NCBI GenBank assembly: GCA_964653555.1
Contig: CAZZFT010000001.1
Span: 929-64,928, forward strand
DNA from: an uncultured Spirochaetales bacterium
GTDB taxonomy: Bacteria > Myxococcota_A > UBA9160 > SMWR01
Direction of reading: 5' to 3'
Length of the DNA: 64,000 nt
The notes under the pieces were generated by a model. It was not told where the DNA came from. It was given only the letters and a program-made list of their open reading frames with translations, and made no database searches. Position 1 is the first letter of the stretch, and each line of letters starts with the position of its first letter. The translations under genes and the position numbers were made by a program. This document shows positions 21,738 to 31,060 of this stretch, one piece after another.

Positions 21738-22949
21738 GTGAAGTTCAGTCTCTTCTACTTCCCGCAGCTCGGTGGCGGGGATCCGACCAGCTACGACCGC
21801 AAGATGATCGGGAAGGACCCCGCCCAGTTCAGGCACCTCTTCGAGGACGTCCGGTGGCAGGCCCAGATGGCCGACGAGGCGGGCTTCCACGGCTGTTACT
21901 TCGCCGAGCACCACTTCGACGTCGAAGGCTTCGAAGCGTCGCCCAATCCGCTGCTCTTCGACCTGTTCGTCGGCCTCCACACCCAGCGGCTCCGGGTCGG
22001 ACAGCTCGGCCTGCAGCTGCCGGCGTGGAATCCGATCCGGCTCGCCGAGGACATCGCGACCCTGACCTACTTCCTCGGCGACCGGCTAGAGCTGGGGTTC
22101 GTCCGCGGTTTCCAGAGCCGCGAGATCGCGCCGTTGGCCGCCGCGCACCAGGTCGAAGGCGCGATGTCCGACCGCAGCCAGGCGGACCAGCGCAACCGCA
22201 GGCTCTTCCAGGAGAACTACGAGATCCTGATGAAGGCGCTCACCGAGGACTTCATCTCCCACGACGGGGAGTTCCACCAGATCCCTCCGAAGGGGCTGAA
22301 GTGGATGAACCCGGCGACGCAGAAGTACGGTGGCGGGGTGGCCCCGGATGGATCGGTGACGCACCTGGGCGTCGTTCCCAAGCCGAAGGGCCGTGTGCTT
22401 CCCCAGCGCTGGCAGGCGTTCTCCTTCTCCGAGGAGACCTTGCGCTGGGCGGGCCGGCAGGGCATGAACCTCGCCCTGGGCGAGGTCAAGCCGCCGCGCA
22501 TGAAGGAGATCCAGGACCTGTTCCAGGAGGAATCCGAGAAGGGGGGACGGACGCTCGCGTGGGGCGAGGGCGTCGGCTACCTGCGGCACATGCTCTGCCT
22601 GCCCGATGGCGCCGAAGCGCGACGCCTCGATGCCGCCGGCTCCGAGTATTTGTGGGGTCAGTGGTTCGCGGGGACAGGCTTCACCGAGCTGTTCCGTTTG
22701 CCGGAGGACGATCCGACGAAGATGCTCTCGTACTCCTACGAGCTGCTCCACGACCGGGGCTGGTCCTTCGCCGGCGATCCGGACCACGTCACGCGCTGCA
22801 TCGAGAAGCTGCTCCAAGCGAGCAACTGCGAGCACGTGTTCCTCCAGTCGATGACCGGTGTCATCCCCAGCGATGCGCTGAAGCGCTCGATGGAGCTCTT
22901 CGTCGAGAAGGTGATGCCGCGCTTCGACGTCGAGGGACCCGAGGACTAG
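21738..22949 (+). CDS. LLM class flavin-dependent oxidoreductase, long subtype, paralog B
   Basis: GTG 21738 is 7 nt after GGAGGA. The sequence is colinear with paralog A (VKFSLFYFPQLGGGDP..., YFAEHHFDVEGFE). Confidence 0.85.
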   Translation: MKFSLFYFPQLGGGDPTSYDRKMIGKDPAQFRHLFEDVRWQAQMADEAGFHGCYFAEHHFDVEGFEASPNPLLFDLFVGLHTQRLRVGQLGLQLPAWNPIRLAEDIATLTYFLGDRLELGFVRGFQSREIAPLAAAHQVEGAMSDRSQADQRNRRLFQENYEILMKALTEDFISHDGEFHQIPPKGLKWMNPATQKYGGGVAPDGSVTHLGVVPKPKGRVLPQRWQAFSFSEETLRWAGRQGMNLALGEVKPPRMKEIQDLFQEESEKGGRTLAWGEGVGYLRHMLCLPDGAEARRLDAAGSEYLWGQWFAGTGFTELFRLPEDDPTKMLSYSYELLHDRGWSFAGDPDHVTRCIEKLLQASNCEHVFLQSMTGVIPSDALKRSMELFVEKVMPRFDVEGPED

Positions 22950-23980
22950 CGGTCCAGAGGCGGGGGATCGCGGTCGGCTCCGGAAGCGACGCTCAATCGG
23001 GGCACCACCTCCTCCACGAAGAGTTCGAGGCTCCTCCAGCCGAGCTCGGGGGCGAGCCCGGCCATGAGCGGGCTGAGCACCACGGTTCCCTGGGGCGGCA
23101 GCGTCGCGATCCGATCTGCGCACGCTTCGGGCGTGAGCACCTCGTACATCCCCGACTCGCGGAGCGCGGTGGCATCGCTGATCGGGGCGTAGGGACCGCG
23201 CACGCCCGCTTCGTGCATCCAGCGTCCGTAGCTGTTCGCCTCGTGCAGAGCGTGGGGCACGATCCGACGCCAGTCCTCCTCCGGATCCCGAGAGACGTGG
23301 AGGAAGATCGGGCCTGCGATGAACTCGATCCGGGGCGGCCGGCCGATCTTCGCGCACTCGTCCCGATAGGCCTCCCGCAGCCCGGGATCGGGACCACCGG
23401 GGAAGAAGCCATCGCCGATCCGCGCGGCGCGGCGCGCCGCCGCCTCGCTATTGCCGCCCAGGAGCAGCGGGGGCCCCGGCCGCTGGTGCGGGCGGGGTGT
23501 CACGCGGGCGGTGACGCCTTCCCAAGCGAAGGGCTCTCCCCGCCACGCGTGACGCAGAGCCTCGACGCCCGCGCGCATGCGCGAGGGCCTCTCCCGGAGC
23601 TCGCGTCCGAACATCGCGAACTCCGGCTCCCGGTAGCCCGCCGCCAGCACGAGGTCGACTCGACCACGACTGACGAGATCGAGCACCGCGATGTCCTCCG
23701 CGAGGCGCAGGGGGTGGTGGAGGGGCAGGATCAGCGCGGAGAACAGAAGCCTTATGCGTGACGTGCGAGCGGCCAGCGCCGAGGCCAGCACGAGCGGGGA
23801 GGGGCAATAGCCGTCCTCGGCGCCGTGATGCTCGTTGAAGAGGAACCAATCGAAGCAGTCGTGGTCGTCAGCCCAGGTCGCTTGCTCGAGTGCCGCGGCA
23901 TAGAGCGCGTCGTCTCCCGCTCCGAAGGCCGGCGAGCGGAGGTCGTAGCGCAACGCGATTTTCGGTGTGCGTCGGTTCAT
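22946..23980 (-). CDS. LLM class flavin/F420-dependent oxidoreductase
   Basis: FNEHHGAEDGY..., IRLLFSALILPLHHPLRLAEDIAVLDLVSRGRVDLVLAAGY. The likely start is ATG 23980, with an alternative ATG at 24010. Confidence 0.82.
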   Translation of the reverse strand: MNRRTPKIALRYDLRSPAFGAGDDALYAAALEQATWADDHDCFDWFLFNEHHGAEDGYCPSPLVLASALAARTSRIRLLFSALILPLHHPLRLAEDIAVLDLVSRGRVDLVLAAGYREPEFAMFGRELRERPSRMRAGVEALRHAWRGEPFAWEGVTARVTPRPHQRPGPPLLLGGNSEAAARRAARIGDGFFPGGPDPGLREAYRDECAKIGRPPRIEFIAGPIFLHVSRDPEEDWRRIVPHALHEANSYGRWMHEAGVRGPYAPISDATALRESGMYEVLTPEACADRIATLPPQGTVVLSPLMAGLAPELGWRSLELFVEEVVPRLSVASGADRDPPPLDR

Positions 23981-23994
23981 GCTTCCCGTCTGCG

Positions 23995-24025
23995 GATAAT
24001 TATGCGACATTTCGTCTCGTAACGG
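23995..24025. promoter_or_regulatory. Recurrent motif, site 5 (LLM / TetR divergent region)
   Basis: GATAATTATGCGACATTTCGTCTCGTAACGG. Confidence 0.4.
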
Positions 24026-24105
24026 CGAGGATCCGTTGGCCCCCGTGGGGAAAGGGGGTTCAGAGCCTCGCGGCAGGCGCGGTCCGTGCGGCTGCGGAGA
24101 GCGAT

Positions 24106-24816
24106 ATGGCCACGTCCTCGGACCGATCGCGCGGCGGGCGCCGCCGAAGCGCCAAGTCCGGCAAGGGGGCCTCCAACCCCGACGAGCGCCGCGGCCGCCC
24201 GCGCCAGGGCAAGGCGGTGGCGCGGGACCTGCCGCGCGACGAGGAGATCATCAAGATCGCCGCGGAGATCTTCTATCGGCAGGGCTTCGCGGGGACGACG
24301 CTCGACGACATCGCCCGCGACGCCGGGATCGTCAAGGGCAGCCTGTATCACTACTTCGATTCGAAAGAAGAGATCTACGAGCGGCTGATGAACAACGTCG
24401 TCGGCACGCTCGACGTGCGCGAGGAGCTGTCTCGCAACGTGCCGGCCGACGAACGGCTGCTGCATATCCTCCGCGCCCGGCTCGTCCAGACGACCTCGCA
24501 TCCCACCGAGGTCGGCTTGATCAGCCGACAGCTGATCCGAATGGACGGACCCGTGGGAGAGTGGGCGCGGACGCTCCGACGCGAGAACTTCTCGGTTCTG
24601 CGCGAGCTCATCGTGCAGGGACAGCGCGATGGATGCTTCCGACCCGGAGATCCGGACATCCTGGCGGCGACCATCATGGGTCTGCTGACCCAGGTCTGCG
24701 ATTGGTATCGACCGGACGGTCGCGTGAATCGCGAATCGCTGATCGAGGAGATGGCGAAGTTCGTGGTCGGCGCACTGCGCGATTCCCGGCGAGCCGTGGA
24801 TCAGGCGAAATCGTGA
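24106..24816 (+). CDS. TetR/AcrR family transcriptional regulator
   Basis: HTH segment IIKIAAEIFYRQGFAGTTLDDIARDAGIVKGSLYHYFDSKEEIY. Basic N-terminal tail. Confidence 0.88.
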   Translation: MATSSDRSRGGRRRSAKSGKGASNPDERRGRPRQGKAVARDLPRDEEIIKIAAEIFYRQGFAGTTLDDIARDAGIVKGSLYHYFDSKEEIYERLMNNVVGTLDVREELSRNVPADERLLHILRARLVQTTSHPTEVGLISRQLIRMDGPVGEWARTLRRENFSVLRELIVQGQRDGCFRPGDPDILAATIMGLLTQVCDWYRPDGRVNRESLIEEMAKFVVGALRDSRRAVDQAKS

Positions 24817-25406
24817 TGGACGCCCTGACGGCCATGGAGACCGCTCGCGCGATCCGGTACCTGAAGCCGGATCCGGTTCCGGACGAGCTCCTGCGCAGGC
24901 TCGTCCACACCGCCACGCGCGCCTCGAGCCCCGGAAACAGCCAGAACTGGGAATTCGTGATCCTGCGGGAACGCTCCAAGAAGGTGCGCATCGCGAAGGC
25001 GATCCGCGAGGGGAGCCCGACTCCCCCGGACGCGAGCCAGGCCGATCCGGTCACCCGCCGCATGATTCGCGGCGCGATGCATCTGATCGACCGCTTCGCC
25101 GAGATGCCGGTGATCGTGTTCGTGTGCGGTCGCAATGCCTATCCACCAGGAGCTCCCCTCCAGCGCTTCGTCTGGTCCACGGTGTATCCCGCCGCGCAGA
25201 ATCTGATCGTCGCAGCGCGCGCCCTGGGCCTGGGCAGTGCGTTCACGACGCTGCACGAGTTCGCGGGGCCTACGATCCGCGACACCCTGGCGATTCCCGA
25301 GGACGTGCTGCTCGGGGTGACGATCCCCGTGGGCTTTCCCGATCGGCCCTTCGGGCCGGTCGCGCGGAAGCCGATCGACGACGTCCTTCACTGGGACGGG
25401 TGGTAG
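24816..25406 (+). CDS. Nitroreductase family protein
   Basis: The ATG overlaps the TetR stop (TGATG). RAIRYLKPDPVPDELLRRLVHTATRASSPGNSQNWEFVIL is nitroreductase-fold. Confidence 0.82.
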   Translation: MDALTAMETARAIRYLKPDPVPDELLRRLVHTATRASSPGNSQNWEFVILRERSKKVRIAKAIREGSPTPPDASQADPVTRRMIRGAMHLIDRFAEMPVIVFVCGRNAYPPGAPLQRFVWSTVYPAAQNLIVAARALGLGSAFTTLHEFAGPTIRDTLAIPEDVLLGVTIPVGFPDRPFGPVARKPIDDVLHWDGW

Positions 25407-25445
25407 GGCCCGTCCATCCCTTCAGGACTTCAGGAGGAACGAAGC

Positions 25446-26387
25446 ATGCGAGCCGCCTACGTCTCCAAGATGGGGCTTCCGGACCCTCTCGAGGGCCTCG
25501 TGATCGGGGAGCGCCCCGAACCCTCTCCGCCCGCTGGCTGGGAGATCGTGGAGGTCGAGAGCGCGTCGCTCAATCGCCACGACCTGTGGCTGCTCAAAGG
25601 CGTGTCCGTCGTTCCGGTGACGCCACCGGTGATCCTGGGATGCGACGGTGCGGGACGACACGGCGGCGAAGAGGTCGTCCTCTACCCGGTGCTCGGTCAC
25701 GGACCCGATTTCTACATGCTGACCGACGGGGTGGATGGCACCTTCGCGCCGCGGGTCGCCGTGCCTCCCTCCAGCCTGGTTCGCAAGCCCGCGAACCTCT
25801 CCTTCGACGAAGCCTCGTGTCTGCCCACGGCGTACCTGACCGCCTGGAGCGCGCTGGTGACGAAGGCGCGTCTGCGAGCCGGAGAACGCCTGCTCGTCCA
25901 AGGGGTGAGTGGCGGGCTCTCGAACGCCTGCATCTTGCTCGGCAAGGCGCTGGGCGCCCACGTGACGGCGACTTCCTCGCGCGGCGACGCACTCGACTTC
26001 GCTCGATCCCTCGGTGCGGACGTGGCGGTGCCGTCGGGCGAGACCCTCGACGAGAGCGTGGACGTCGTCATCGACTCGGTCGGGGCGAAGACCTGGTCCC
26101 ACTCGATCGGATCCCTGGGCTACGGCGGGCGCATGGTGGTGCTCGGCGCCACCACCGGGATCGACGCCCCCGCCGAGATCCGTTTCATCTTCCGCAAGGA
26201 CCTCACGGTGATGGGACACAAGATGGGCACCCTCGAGGAGTTCCGGGCGCTCTGCGCCTTCGTCGAGGAGAAAGGCGTCCATCCCGTCATCGCCCGTGTG
26301 TACGAGAACCTGGAGGGGGTGCGCGACGCGCTGAAGCAGATGGCCGAGGGAAGCCCGCTCGGAAAGCTCGTCGTCCGTCCGCGCTGA
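25446..26387 (+). CDS. Zinc-type/quinone oxidoreductase family alcohol dehydrogenase (MDR)
   Basis: 313 aa. RBS CAGGAGGA. GVSGGLS nucleotide-binding loop and MDR-like layout. Confidence 0.8.
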   Translation: MRAAYVSKMGLPDPLEGLVIGERPEPSPPAGWEIVEVESASLNRHDLWLLKGVSVVPVTPPVILGCDGAGRHGGEEVVLYPVLGHGPDFYMLTDGVDGTFAPRVAVPPSSLVRKPANLSFDEASCLPTAYLTAWSALVTKARLRAGERLLVQGVSGGLSNACILLGKALGAHVTATSSRGDALDFARSLGADVAVPSGETLDESVDVVIDSVGAKTWSHSIGSLGYGGRMVVLGATTGIDAPAEIRFIFRKDLTVMGHKMGTLEEFRALCAFVEEKGVHPVIARVYENLEGVRDALKQMAEGSPLGKLVVRPR

Positions 26388-26396
26388 TCGCGCGGC

Positions 26397-28580
26397 TCAC
26401 GGTCGCGGCGGTCGGAGAGCCGCGGGCGGGACGCCCGTCAGCACTCGCGAGGCCTCCCGGCTCGTGAACAGGGGAAGCAGAGGAGGGATCGGCTCGCCCT
26501 GGGCCGCTCGCTCGGCGATCCGGACGTAGCCTTCGGTCAACGCATCGCGAGGGCTCGAAGGGTCGTGTGCCCGCCCGTTCCGCAACACGTCGTCGCTCCG
26601 GCCGAGGTGGAGCAGGTCGAAGAGCAGCCGCTGCCGCGCGGCGACGGCCCGCGGAAAGTCCGCGAGGATCCGCAGCTCCACGGAGACGCCCTGCGGATAC
26701 AGCCCGAGCGCGGCATAGAGCGCACCGAGCCGCTCCAGGGCGGGTAGGCGCACCCGCGGATCCCGGACGCTGCTGGCGGCGAGGATCTCCGGAAAGTCGC
26801 CGGGCGCGAGCCCGTGGCCGGCCGCCCAGTCGGGTCGCTCACGAATCACCGCTTCCGCGTCGAAGCCGCGGTCGGGATCGAAGGGGATCCCCTCTCGAAG
26901 ATAGTAGGCGGAGGCCCGCGCCAGGTCTTCGCGTCCTTCCACGCGGCGCACGTAGACGGCACTGGTCAGGTTGCGAAAGACGCACACCCAGTCGGGCGCA
27001 CCCTCGAGCAGCGGCGTCGTGTAGCGAGCCGGCAGGTGCGGATCGCGCACCTGGGGCAGTCCCACGCCGACAAAGAGGTCCACGTCCCGGCTTCGCAGGA
27101 CGTCCAGATACCCCTCTCCCGTGGCGGTGCTCCGCGCGCGCATGACCGCTTCGTAGTCGTCCAGGAGTCGTCGCGGCGGGAAGTTCAGGGTTCCGTTGAC
27201 GAAGGTCTGGATGCGGGGCGCGAGCCAGTAGCCGAGGAAGCCCCCGAGGTAGTAGTTGCTGAACACGAGCCCGGACAGCGTCGCGTCCTGCAGGAACCAG
27301 ACCGCCTCCGCGTGGTAGCGATCGGCGGCGTAGGGCGTGGTGAGGAAAGCCGATAGCTGGGTGGGCACACCCAGGCGCGTAGGCTTGAGGCCGCCCCAGA
27401 TCGGAGCCGCTACGAGCAGCGCTGCGAGGGCCAGGGTACATCCCCAGCGGAGCAGCGGGCGCCGAGGTGCGGATCGCGCGTCGCCACCGCCTGGACCGAG
27501 GGTCAACGGCAGCAGCACCGCGAAGACGGCCAGCCAGTGCAGGCGGATCGCCACGGCCATCGCGGCGGCGGCGGTCACGGCGAGCGCCAGCAGCACGGGC
27601 TCGTCGCGGACGACCGGCCGCGCCGACCGATCGCGCGCGAAGCGCAGCAGCAGGGTCCCTCCCGCGGCGGCCACGCCGACCAGCAGAGCGTCGGCGATCA
27701 GCCAGGCGAGTAGGCTCATGCGGGTGGCCGCCGCCGGCAGCGCGAACGGGTCGAAGGCCGTCCACTCGTCGCGCACCATCGGCAGGCGGGCGTCGACAAG
27801 GGGCGACAGCGGTGCGAGGTGCTGCGCGATGCCGCGCGGGTTGAGCAGGGCGAGGACCAGCCCGAGGGCGAGCGCGAAGCCGACCCGCCGCGCCCGAGCC
27901 ACGGTCGCGTCCCGGGCCGCGATCGCGCCGGCACGGTGCTCCAGGCCTGCGCGCAGCAGCAGCCCCGCCACTCCCGCGGCGATCAGGATCGGCGCGAGCA
28001 AGAACCCGGCATGGGCGTTCGCGCCGAGAACCATCAGCACGCAGGCCGCGGCGACGCGCCCACGGGACGGAGGCTCGGGGCGCGCGAGCAGGAGCGCGTA
28101 GGTCCCGAGCGTCACCAGGATCGTGACGAGCTCCGGACGCAGCTGGACCAGCCGGTACCAGGACACGGCCAGGAAGGCTCCGGTCGCCAGGGCCGCGGCG
28201 GGTGGGTTCGCGCGGCTGGCGCGCCAGGCCAGGTGGGCGACGAGGGCGATGATCGCGAGCACCAGGGCGGTGTGCACGACCCGCAGCCCCTGGAAGCCGG
28301 CGAGGGAGAGGACCCCGTCGGCCGCGACGTCGAACAGCCAAGAGGCCGGCTCCGGTGCGCCGAGGGGAGTCGCGAGCAGGGGATCTCGGGGGAGCCACGG
28401 ACCCTCGCTCGCATAGCTCCTGCCCAGCGCGAGGTGCCACCAGAGGTCGTCGGTCGCGATCGGCGCACCGGTGACCACGAGCACCAGCGCGATCCAGGCC
28501 AGCAGCAGAAGGAGCGAGACCACCGCCGACAACGGTACGCGGCGTCGGTGAGCGGATCGGCTCAGCGGGACGGCACGCAC
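26397..28580 (-). CDS. Large polytopic membrane protein with C-terminal soluble domain (GT-C-like glycosyltransferase is a guess)
   Basis: 727 aa. The N-terminal ~400 aa carry about 11 hydrophobic helices, with a DD motif (ATDDLWWHLALGR) in the first loop. The start overlaps the upstream AAA+ gene by 19 nt. Confidence 0.6.
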   Translation of the reverse strand: MRAVPLSRSAHRRRVPLSAVVSLLLLLAWIALVLVVTGAPIATDDLWWHLALGRSYASEGPWLPRDPLLATPLGAPEPASWLFDVAADGVLSLAGFQGLRVVHTALVLAIIALVAHLAWRASRANPPAAALATGAFLAVSWYRLVQLRPELVTILVTLGTYALLLARPEPPSRGRVAAACVLMVLGANAHAGFLLAPILIAAGVAGLLLRAGLEHRAGAIAARDATVARARRVGFALALGLVLALLNPRGIAQHLAPLSPLVDARLPMVRDEWTAFDPFALPAAATRMSLLAWLIADALLVGVAAAGGTLLLRFARDRSARPVVRDEPVLLALAVTAAAAMAVAIRLHWLAVFAVLLPLTLGPGGGDARSAPRRPLLRWGCTLALAALLVAAPIWGGLKPTRLGVPTQLSAFLTTPYAADRYHAEAVWFLQDATLSGLVFSNYYLGGFLGYWLAPRIQTFVNGTLNFPPRRLLDDYEAVMRARSTATGEGYLDVLRSRDVDLFVGVGLPQVRDPHLPARYTTPLLEGAPDWVCVFRNLTSAVYVRRVEGREDLARASAYYLREGIPFDPDRGFDAEAVIRERPDWAAGHGLAPGDFPEILAASSVRDPRVRLPALERLGALYAALGLYPQGVSVELRILADFPRAVAARQRLLFDLLHLGRSDDVLRNGRAHDPSSPRDALTEGYVRIAERAAQGEPIPPLLPLFTSREASRVLTGVPPAALRPPRP

Positions 28581-29356
28581 GCCTCGAGGATCTCCCGAAG
28601 ACCCTGCTCGACGGCGGGGTCGTCGCTGAGGGCATCGATCACGGCCGCCTGCGCCGCTTCACGCGCCGGGAGCCCCGCCGAGACGAGCTTGCCCGCCGCC
28701 ACCAGCAGACGCGTTGACGCCACCTCGCGCAGCAGACTGCCGTCGAGCCGGCGGATGGATCGCGCCAGGACCACGAGCTGCGCAGCGGTCGTCCGATCGA
28801 TTCCCGATTCGCTGCACACGACCTCGATCTCGATCTCCTCCGGCGGAAAGTCGAACTCGATGGCCACCAACCGCTGGCGTGTCGATTCCTTGAGCTCCTT
28901 GAGGACGCTCTGGTAGCCGGGATTGTAGGAGAGGACGAGACCGAAACCGGGACTCGCGTCGAGCGTGATGCCGAGTCGCTCGATCGGCAGCTGTCGCCGG
29001 TGATCGGCGAGCGGGTGCAGGACGACCACCGTGTCCTGGCGCGCCTCCACCACTTCGTCCAGGTAGCAGAGGGCTCCCTCCTTGACGGCTCGGGTGAGCG
29101 GACCGTCCTCCCAGACCGTCTCGCCTCCCTTCAGGAGGAAGCGACCCACGAGGTCCGCCGCGGAGAGGTCCTCATGACACGCGACGGTGATCAGGGGGCG
29201 GCCCAGCTCGTGCGCCATCGCCTCGACGAAGCGCGTCTTGCCGCAGCCGGTCGGCCCCTTCAGGAGCACTGCGAGTCCCGAACCGATGGCGGCTCGGAAG
29301 ATGCGGTCCTCATTGCGCACGTTGACGTAGTACGGACGCGAAGGCGATCCGCTCAT
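28562..29356 (-). CDS. CbbQ/NorQ/NirQ-family AAA+ (MoxR-class) ATPase
   Basis: Walker A LLKGPTGCGKT, Walker B CYLDEV, and overall CbbQ/NorQ-like sequence. ATG 29356 follows GAGGGG. Confidence 0.88.
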   Translation of the reverse strand: MSGSPSRPYYVNVRNEDRIFRAAIGSGLAVLLKGPTGCGKTRFVEAMAHELGRPLITVACHEDLSAADLVGRFLLKGGETVWEDGPLTRAVKEGALCYLDEVVEARQDTVVVLHPLADHRRQLPIERLGITLDASPGFGLVLSYNPGYQSVLKELKESTRQRLVAIEFDFPPEEIEIEVVCSESGIDRTTAAQLVVLARSIRRLDGSLLREVASTRLLVAAGKLVSAGLPAREAAQAAVIDALSDDPAVEQGLREILEACVPSR

Positions 29357-29366
29357 CGGTCCCCTC

Positions 29367-31043
29367 TCAGGCGGCCACCCGCCGGCCGCGACCCTCGGCG
29401 AGGGCATGGCGCATTAGGGCGGGAAGGCGATCCACGAGCTGCGAGAGCTGGCTCGCGCTCGCGTGGGCGGCGCTGCCGAACACGCGCTGCAGCCCAGCGT
29501 CGGTCTCAGCGGAGCCCAGGCTGAGACAGAGGCACGCGACGCCCCGGGAGCGCGCCTCTTCGAGCGCCCGCCGCGCGTCCGCCTCGGCGTAGCCACCCTC
29601 GTAGTCGATGTCGAAGGCGAAGCCGTCCGACAGGACGAGCAGAAGTCGCTCCCGCGTCCCGGCCTCGTCGAAGAGCACCGTGGAGGCGTGGCGGACGGCG
29701 GCTCCCAGGCGTGTGAAGCCCTCGCTGCGCACGCGCAGCAGCCGCTCGATGCCGGCCGCCGGCGAGTGCTCCAGGAACGAGAGCAGGCGCTCGAGCCGCA
29801 CGGCGCTGCGCCCTTGGGAACGGAAGGCGTAGGCGGCGACGGAAACACCGAGTGAGGAGAACGCCCGGATCAGCCGGGCTGCCGCATCGGCCTGCACCTC
29901 GAGGACGGGTCGGCCGGAGGGCGACGGATCCGACGTCGACCCGGAGACGTCGACGAGCAGCAGGACGCCGAAGCTGCGCGCCAGGCGGCGCAGCCCGACG
30001 TAGACCCGCTCGTCGGCCTCCGCCTCGGCGTGCGCGCTGACGTCCGCCACGCGCGACACGATCGCGTCGAGATCCAGATCGTCGCCCTCGCGCTGTCGTC
30101 GCTCGCGCCGCAGCGAGAGACCGACCCGCGCCAAGCGCCGCTGGAGGCCCGCGTCGGCTACCCGGAGCTCGCCGATTCCCGCGCGATCGGCGGCGGAGAC
30201 CTCGTACACAGTGCACCAGTCGGGCCGGTAGCGACCGGTGCGCACGTCGAACTCCGGGTGTCGGCACGCGCGGGTCGCGTGGGCTCCGGGCGCGGGGCTC
30301 CGGCTCGCGAAGGACACGACGGCGACAGGGCGTCGCCCCGGCCCGGGCTCCCCGCCCCGCGCCGGGCCCGGCAGGAAGGGATGGCCGCCGGTCTTCGCGC
30401 CCGGTGTGGTGAGGCCCGCGCCGCGCTCGATCCCGAGCAGCCGACGCGTCCACTCGGCCAGCGCACCGTCCACGAGTCCCGAGGGACGGCTCCGGCGCTC
30501 GTCGCCCGGTCCGTCGGTCTGGAGTTCGAACGCCGCAGCCGGTGCGTTCGCTTCGGTGCGCTCCAGCGCGTCGCGCCGCAGCTCTCCGAACAGCGGACTC
30601 GGGTCCGGCACCGGATGCCGCCTCCGCGCCCACGCCAGCGACTCCTCGGCCGAGCGCGTCACCGGCATCGCCGTCAGGCGGGAGCGGAGCTCGGGCGCCA
30701 GCCCCGGGAGGGTCTCCTCGAGCCGGCGGCACACGCGGTGTCCCTCCAGCGCGAGATAGCGGGCGACGTCACGGCGGCGTCGGAGCCGACGCAGGAGCGG
30801 CACGGCCAGCGAGCCGGCGGCGACGAGACCCGCCTGGAGCGCGACGGCGGTGCGCCTTCCGTCGGGTGGCAGGGACGCGGGCACGAACACGGACGCGCCG
30901 TCGGTGAAGGGAAGGGCCAGGCGCTCGACGAGCTGGACGCCGAGACGGCGCCCGGCGATCGCGGTCGCCAGGGGGCCGAAGCGCTCGGTCGCATCCAGCT
31001 CCACGGCCGAAGACCGTAACACAGGGTTGCGCGGGCGATTCAT
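29367..31043 (-). CDS. VWA domain protein, NorD/CbbO-like
   Basis: HPEFDVRTGRYRPDWCTVYE resembles the NorD/CobT signature. The C-terminal VWA domain has a MIDAS motif, LLLVDVSGSTSD. The start assigned at ATG 31043 is uncertain. Confidence 0.82.
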   Translation of the reverse strand: MNRPRNPVLRSSAVELDATERFGPLATAIAGRRLGVQLVERLALPFTDGASVFVPASLPPDGRRTAVALQAGLVAAGSLAVPLLRRLRRRRDVARYLALEGHRVCRRLEETLPGLAPELRSRLTAMPVTRSAEESLAWARRRHPVPDPSPLFGELRRDALERTEANAPAAAFELQTDGPGDERRSRPSGLVDGALAEWTRRLLGIERGAGLTTPGAKTGGHPFLPGPARGGEPGPGRRPVAVVSFASRSPAPGAHATRACRHPEFDVRTGRYRPDWCTVYEVSAADRAGIGELRVADAGLQRRLARVGLSLRRERRQREGDDLDLDAIVSRVADVSAHAEAEADERVYVGLRRLARSFGVLLLVDVSGSTSDPSPSGRPVLEVQADAAARLIRAFSSLGVSVAAYAFRSQGRSAVRLERLLSFLEHSPAAGIERLLRVRSEGFTRLGAAVRHASTVLFDEAGTRERLLLVLSDGFAFDIDYEGGYAEADARRALEEARSRGVACLCLSLGSAETDAGLQRVFGSAAHASASQLSQLVDRLPALMRHALAEGRGRRVAA

Positions 31044-31060
31044 CGCCGTCGCCCGCTCCG

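Noticed and set aside
28562-31043. Reading NorQ/NorD as evidence for a denitrification (nitric-oxide reductase) locus, or CbbQ/CbbO as a RuBisCO activase.
   Set aside because: No norB/norC, cbbL/cbbS or other known client gene is present in the window. The family assignment is kept, but the specific pathway inference is not supported.
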